This document shows, in pieces, positions 62,736 through 64,000 of a stretch of 64,000 nucleotides of DNA (the stretch's first letter is position 1; each line of letters begins with the position of its first letter). This stretch comes from Podarcis bocagei (taxonomy: Eukaryota): NCBI GenBank assembly GCA_964188305.1, contig OZ076893.1; one strand, given 5' to 3'. The position numbers were made by a program, and so were the translations under genes. The notes under the pieces were generated by a model. That model was not told the origin of the DNA. It searched no databases and was given only the letters and a program-made list of their open reading frames with translations.

Positions 62736-64000
62736 ATAAATCTAGTCCCCTTTTACCAGCCCTAATGGCATTTATAATAATTATTAATATTTATTGGAAC
62801 TGTCTTTCGTCACCTTATATATTAAATATTCAGAACTCTGCTGTGGTGCTGAACGCCATTTCATCAGGTGGCTTTGCCTTAAATCATTCCCTGTTTAATT
62901 TTGTAGCTGGATTCTGCCCATCCACAGCCTCTCATTTACCTCCTTTTCCAGAATGACTCACAACACAAGACAAAACAGCTTGATGCCTTACCATAGTTTT
63001 CTTTTTCTAGCTGGTACCACAAGAGCAGGGAAATCCATTAAGAAAAATGTAAGCTCTCTTTCTCCTCCCCAACCCCGGCCACTTCTCCTCCTTCTAAAGC
63101 TGCATTTCAGGGAGAATTGGGCTGGCTGGCTGGGAATGGTTTTCTTTCAAAAACCATTAACCTGAGCTTGCGCCAGGGTTGCCACAAGTATGCATTGCTT
63201 CCCATCTCCCGTTCAAGACATGTTTCTGGTTTTGATTCTTTGTCTGCAGCGTTCCACGACAGATGGTGTTTTAATAAAGTCCAGTAGGAATATTACTGTG
63301 AGTAAACAATCCAGGGCATGCCAATTTTATAATTGCTGGGTACCGACGCAGCCTCTTACCTGCTGAATCCAAATTGGGAAGGAACCAACTGTGCACACAC
63401 ATATACCTACTAGAGGCAGCCAAATTCGCAGCTGTGGTATGCTCCAGCCCTGTGCTTCACCACGGAAGGTAAATTGCAGCTCCAATCAGGCGCCTTGGCA
63501 CTGGGTGTGAGGAACTACTGCCATCTGGCTTGTCATCAAAGCGCGGTCACTGAGTTTTGGGGAGATGGAATGACTTGCTTTTAAAAAACAAAACCAAAAA
63601 AAACAAAACAAAACAAAAACCCAACCTTGACGAGCAGGGAGATTGCTATCTCCACCATTATAGATTCATTTTAAAATAACATTCTTGGCTTTCCTTGCTG
63701 ATTATGGAACTGGGATTTTCTACTTTAAGTCATTCCCACGCCCTATGGGGGAAATGAGAGTCTAAACCTGTTATATGCTAATTAAGGATTCACACCCACA
63801 TGACTTGTCAAAAAGATAAATCTTGCTCATTTGTTTTCATCATTAGCAGGGTTTTTCTTTTTTTTGAAAAAGAAAAGAGCACAAGGAGTATGTCCTTAAT
63901 ATAATATTGATCCAATAAGAAATGTTTCAAAAGATGCTTAGGTTTCATTTTCATCATCGAAAAGCAAAAAAGCAAAAAAGAAAGAAAAAAAAGGCAACAG

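Overview
This is eukaryotic, repeat-rich, non-coding DNA from a squamate, probably a lacertid lizard. The evidence is five Sauria-SINE-type copies, L2, CR1, Rex/Babar and L1 tails, and many MITEs. No host protein-coding gene could be identified. The main feature is an apparently intact, very young Ngaro-type tyrosine-recombinase retrotransposon on the minus strand (7861-15645). Its layout is A1 - ORF1 - RT/RNaseH - YR - SGNH hydrolase - B1 - A2 - spacer - B2. The window also holds three non-coding relics of divergent Ngaro families: two ~0.8 kb A-spacer-B solo units (18866-19701, 60869-61671) and a B-only fragment (42443-43193). Comparing the four copies by eye shows a conserved, covarying RNA architecture. 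It comprises an ENE-like U-rich internal loop in the spacer, long-range helices that would bring the poly(A) site next to that loop, and conserved hairpins in B. This suggests a poly(A)-triplex stabilisation module and possibly a separate structured ncRNA. Those functions are inferred and untested.
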